A stretch of 64,000 nt of DNA from Bacillota bacterium (GTDB lineage: Bacteria; Bacillota; DTU025), in contig JBMNJT010000002.1 of the NCBI GenBank assembly GCA_050951805.1, positions 1,492,905 through 1,556,904 on the forward strand, written 5' to 3'. Both the position numbers and the translations under genes were made by a program. The notes below the pieces were generated by a model. It searched no databases. It was not told the origin of the DNA and saw only the letters and a program-made list of their open reading frames with translations. Positions 61,439 through 64,000 of this stretch are shown in pieces; position 1 is the stretch's first letter; every line of letters begins with the position of its first letter.

Positions 61439-62317
61439 ATGCGAGTGAGAATATCAGCGCTGGCGTTTACACTCATTCTCGCCCTGACCATGAGCGCGTC
61501 GGCGCTTGCCGCCGATGACCCGGTAGGAACGGCGGCGATGATGGACATAGGGATGGGGGCACGGGCGCTTGGAATGGGCGGCGCGCACATAGCTGTGGCA
61601 GACGATTCCGCCGCGGTTTACTATAACCCCGCAGGTTTGGCCTTCATGAGCGAACGTCATGTCGGTTCTCTATACACACAGCAGTATGGAGCTGCGGGGT
61701 TCATGGCTGCGGCATATGCCCAAAAGCATGTGGGCGTGGGAGGATTGAGGCTCGACGCGTCGGGAATCGAGGGAACAGACGAGTTCGCCAACGAGACTGG
61801 CGTGTTCGGCGTGAGTGACTTTACAGTCATCGTCTGTGGTGGAATAGAAGCTCTCCCCAATCTAGGGATAGGAGCGGCTCTCAAGTACTACTCCCAAGCC
61901 TTGCCCGACAATCCGGGAAAGGGAGTCACCGGCGACATCGGTCTCCTGTTTATAGCTCCAAGCAAGAAACTGAGAGTCGGAGCCGTCGTGAAAAACGTAG
62001 CTGGCGAGCTGAAATACTCGTCGGGTTACGCCGATGCGTTCGACCGATCCGTAGGTGCAGGAGTCGCCTTCTATCCCGTTGACAGACTTCTTTTGGCAGC
62101 TGATCTGATATATAAGGACGAGCTTGAAACCAGAATAGGCGGTGAATTCCAGCTTGGCCGAATCCTGCTAAGGGCAGGGGGAGCTTTCGGAAGCAAGCAA
62201 AACTCCCTCACAGCCGGCGCAGGCTTCTCAGCCAGCATGTTCACCATCGACTACGCATATCAGACCCACAGTATCCTGCCGGATAGCCACAGGCTATCTC
62301 TTGGAATGAAATTCTGA
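61439..62317 (+). CDS. PorV/PorQ (UPF0164)-like outer-membrane beta-barrel
   Basis: Signal peptide; GMGARALGMGGAHIAVADDSAAVYYNPAGL; C-terminal IDYAY...HRLSLGMKF. Confidence 0.82.
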   Translation: MRVRISALAFTLILALTMSASALAADDPVGTAAMMDIGMGARALGMGGAHIAVADDSAAVYYNPAGLAFMSERHVGSLYTQQYGAAGFMAAAYAQKHVGVGGLRLDASGIEGTDEFANETGVFGVSDFTVIVCGGIEALPNLGIGAALKYYSQALPDNPGKGVTGDIGLLFIAPSKKLRVGAVVKNVAGELKYSSGYADAFDRSVGAGVAFYPVDRLLLAADLIYKDELETRIGGEFQLGRILLRAGGAFGSKQNSLTAGAGFSASMFTIDYAYQTHSILPDSHRLSLGMKF

Positions 62318-62358
62318 TAACCAGCAAACATCTCATACACCCATTGCACCAAAGCGTA

Positions 62359-62400
62359 GGAAATGCGGGGTTACGCACTCAAGCAGAACCCCGCATTTCC
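62359..62400. terminator. 14-bp hairpin between convergent genes
   Basis: GGAAATGCGGGGTT-14 nt-AACCCCGCATTTCC. Confidence 0.7.
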
Positions 62401-62437
62401 CTTTGTGAAATTCAGCGTCATTGGCCGGGTCATCCCA

Positions 62438-64000
62438 CTAACCGACTACATCCATGCGCAGCGCCTTGAATACCTCGAACCATACAATACTCAATGTCCC
62501 TGTCGCAAAGCAGATAGCAATATCCACAGGATGCAATACGGTAAAATGGAACAAGGTCCTCAACGCGGGAACGCTTAAAACTGTCGCAAGGAACACGATA
62601 GCTCCACCAACAACCCACTTCAAGGCCGGGTTAGGCCTTCTCCACCCTGCCATCGTTGTGGATTCCCACGAACGGTTGGCAAGAATCAGTCCAAGATTCG
62701 CCAGAACAAGCGTTGTGAAGGTCAGACTCCGTGCCTCCATCTCTCCGCGATCCAAGAGGAACAGGGAGATGATGTAGACCGCAGTCACGAACGCCATGAC
62801 GCTAAGGCCTTGGGCAATTCCGATCCTCATGAGCTCGGCGCCGAACAAGGGTTTGGCAGGATCCCGGGGCGGCCTCCTCATCACGTCGGCCTCTTCCTGC
62901 TCCATCTCGAATACTACGGAGCATGCCGGATCGATGATGAGCTCCAAGAATGCCACGTGAACCGGAAGAAGCACGAGCGGCCAACCAAACAACGCTGGGA
63001 GCAGTGAAAGCCCGGCTATGGGAATATGTATCGCGAAAATGTAAGCCGTGGCCTTTCTGAGGTTGTCGTAGATTCTGCGGCCCTGCCTCACAGCCCTAAC
63101 AATGGAGGAAAAATCGTCGTCTAGCAGGACTAGCGAGGCGGCCTCGCGCGCAACATCAGTTCCCCGTCCTCCCATTGCAATTCCTATGTTGGCAGCCTTG
63201 AGCGCTGGCGCGTCGTTCACGCCATCTCCCGTCATTGCCACGACCTCACCGTTAACCTTGAGCGCTTCCACTAACCTCAGTTTCTGCTCGGGGACCATGC
63301 GTGCAAAGATGCAACACGTCTTCACCATCTCCCTCAGCTCAGATCCTGTGATCACTACATCCGACGGTCTGAGGCCAATCTCCCGCGCAATGTGCTGCGC
63401 AGTGCCAGGATAATCACCGGTTATCATTACAACTCTGATACCCGCCTGGTAACACTCGCCAATTGCATCGGGAACAGCCGGCCTTATTGGGTCTGCAAGC
63501 CCCACTAATCCAAGGAGTTCGAACTCAAAATCATGCTGCCGCTCAGGCAGATCGCCCACCCCATACTCAGCCTTGGCTACGCCAAGCACTCGAAGACCGT
63601 CAGCGGCCATACGGCTGACCTCGTCCATTAAGCCACAGGTTTTCGCCTCATCGAGGTGACACAGGTCTGCAATGGCTTCAGGAGCCCCCTTGGCAGCCAC
63701 TACATAGAAGGCTCCGTCAGCATGTGAAGACATCCAAACATGCGACAATGCCAAGAACTCGCGGGAGAGCGCATATTCCTCCACCAATGCCCAATCATCG
63801 TGCAGATGCTCTGTATTGATGAGATGCTCATGGCCGAACTCCGTTAGGGCCTTCTCCATGGGGTCAAACGGGTCTTTCTCGCTCGCTAGGATGGCAAATT
63901 CCACGATCTCGTGAAACTTGTCGGGCAGAACCTCCACCCGCGCCCCTACGGCCTCGTAGAGTTCTCCTGCAACCGACAGTCTGCTTACAGACATCCGGTT
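62438..64000 (-). CDS. Cation-transporting P-type ATPase (P2 type), C-terminal part
   Basis: KGAPE, DPIR, MITGD, TGDGVNDAPAL, LLDDDF; start lies beyond the window. Confidence 0.93.
   Translation of the reverse strand, partial: NRMSVSRLSVAGELYEAVGARVEVLPDKFHEIVEFAILASEKDPFDPMEKALTEFGHEHLINTEHLHDDWALVEEYALSREFLALSHVWMSSHADGAFYVVAAKGAPEAIADLCHLDEAKTCGLMDEVSRMAADGLRVLGVAKAEYGVGDLPERQHDFEFELLGLVGLADPIRPAVPDAIGECYQAGIRVVMITGDYPGTAQHIAREIGLRPSDVVITGSELREMVKTCCIFARMVPEQKLRLVEALKVNGEVVAMTGDGVNDAPALKAANIGIAMGGRGTDVAREAASLVLLDDDFSSIVRAVRQGRRIYDNLRKATAYIFAIHIPIAGLSLLPALFGWPLVLLPVHVAFLELIIDPACSVVFEMEQEEADVMRRPPRDPAKPLFGAELMRIGIAQGLSVMAFVTAVYIISLFLLDRGEMEARSLTFTTLVLANLGLILANRSWESTTMAGWRRPNPALKWVVGGAIVFLATVLSVPALRTLFHFTVLHPVDIAICFATGTLSIVWFEVFKALRMDVVG

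Noticed and set aside
1-64000. CRISPR array, cas genes, prophage or rRNA (WYL genes often flank CRISPR loci)
   Set aside because: No regularly spaced direct repeats, cas or phage motifs, or rRNA-like sequence seen by eye

Overview
A GC-rich chromosomal segment from an anaerobic Bacillota. It carries sporulation-type genes (ytaF, LysM/SafA-like, SigH-type promoters) and also outer-membrane beta-barrel genes, so it is probably a diderm lineage such as Limnochordia (inference). Core genes: obgE (partial), three M42 peptidases, patatin, tRNA-Leu(GAG), pncB, slt, coaE, ytaF, polA, class II RNR, hypD plus activase, cysteine desulfidase, pyk, aspA and a partial P-type ATPase. Four loci stand out. 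(1) A compact LuxR / 33-aa peptide / rSAM-SPASM / CPBP-protease RiPP cluster with a recognisable activator site. (2) A divergent SigH-like sigma factor followed by two WYL genes, then Mre11-like and ATPase-degenerate Rad50/YhaN-like genes. (3) A duplicated beta-barrel gene whose second copy carries two CBM-like domains and twin LacI-type operators 63 bp apart. (4) A 3193-aa subtilase ending in a T9SS-type-A-like C-terminal domain, directly followed by a PorV-like barrel. Also present are an unannotated SCIFF precursor, IS630, IS481 and group II intron RT remnants, and about ten SigH-type promoters. All family calls come from motif recognition by eye; no database searches were run.
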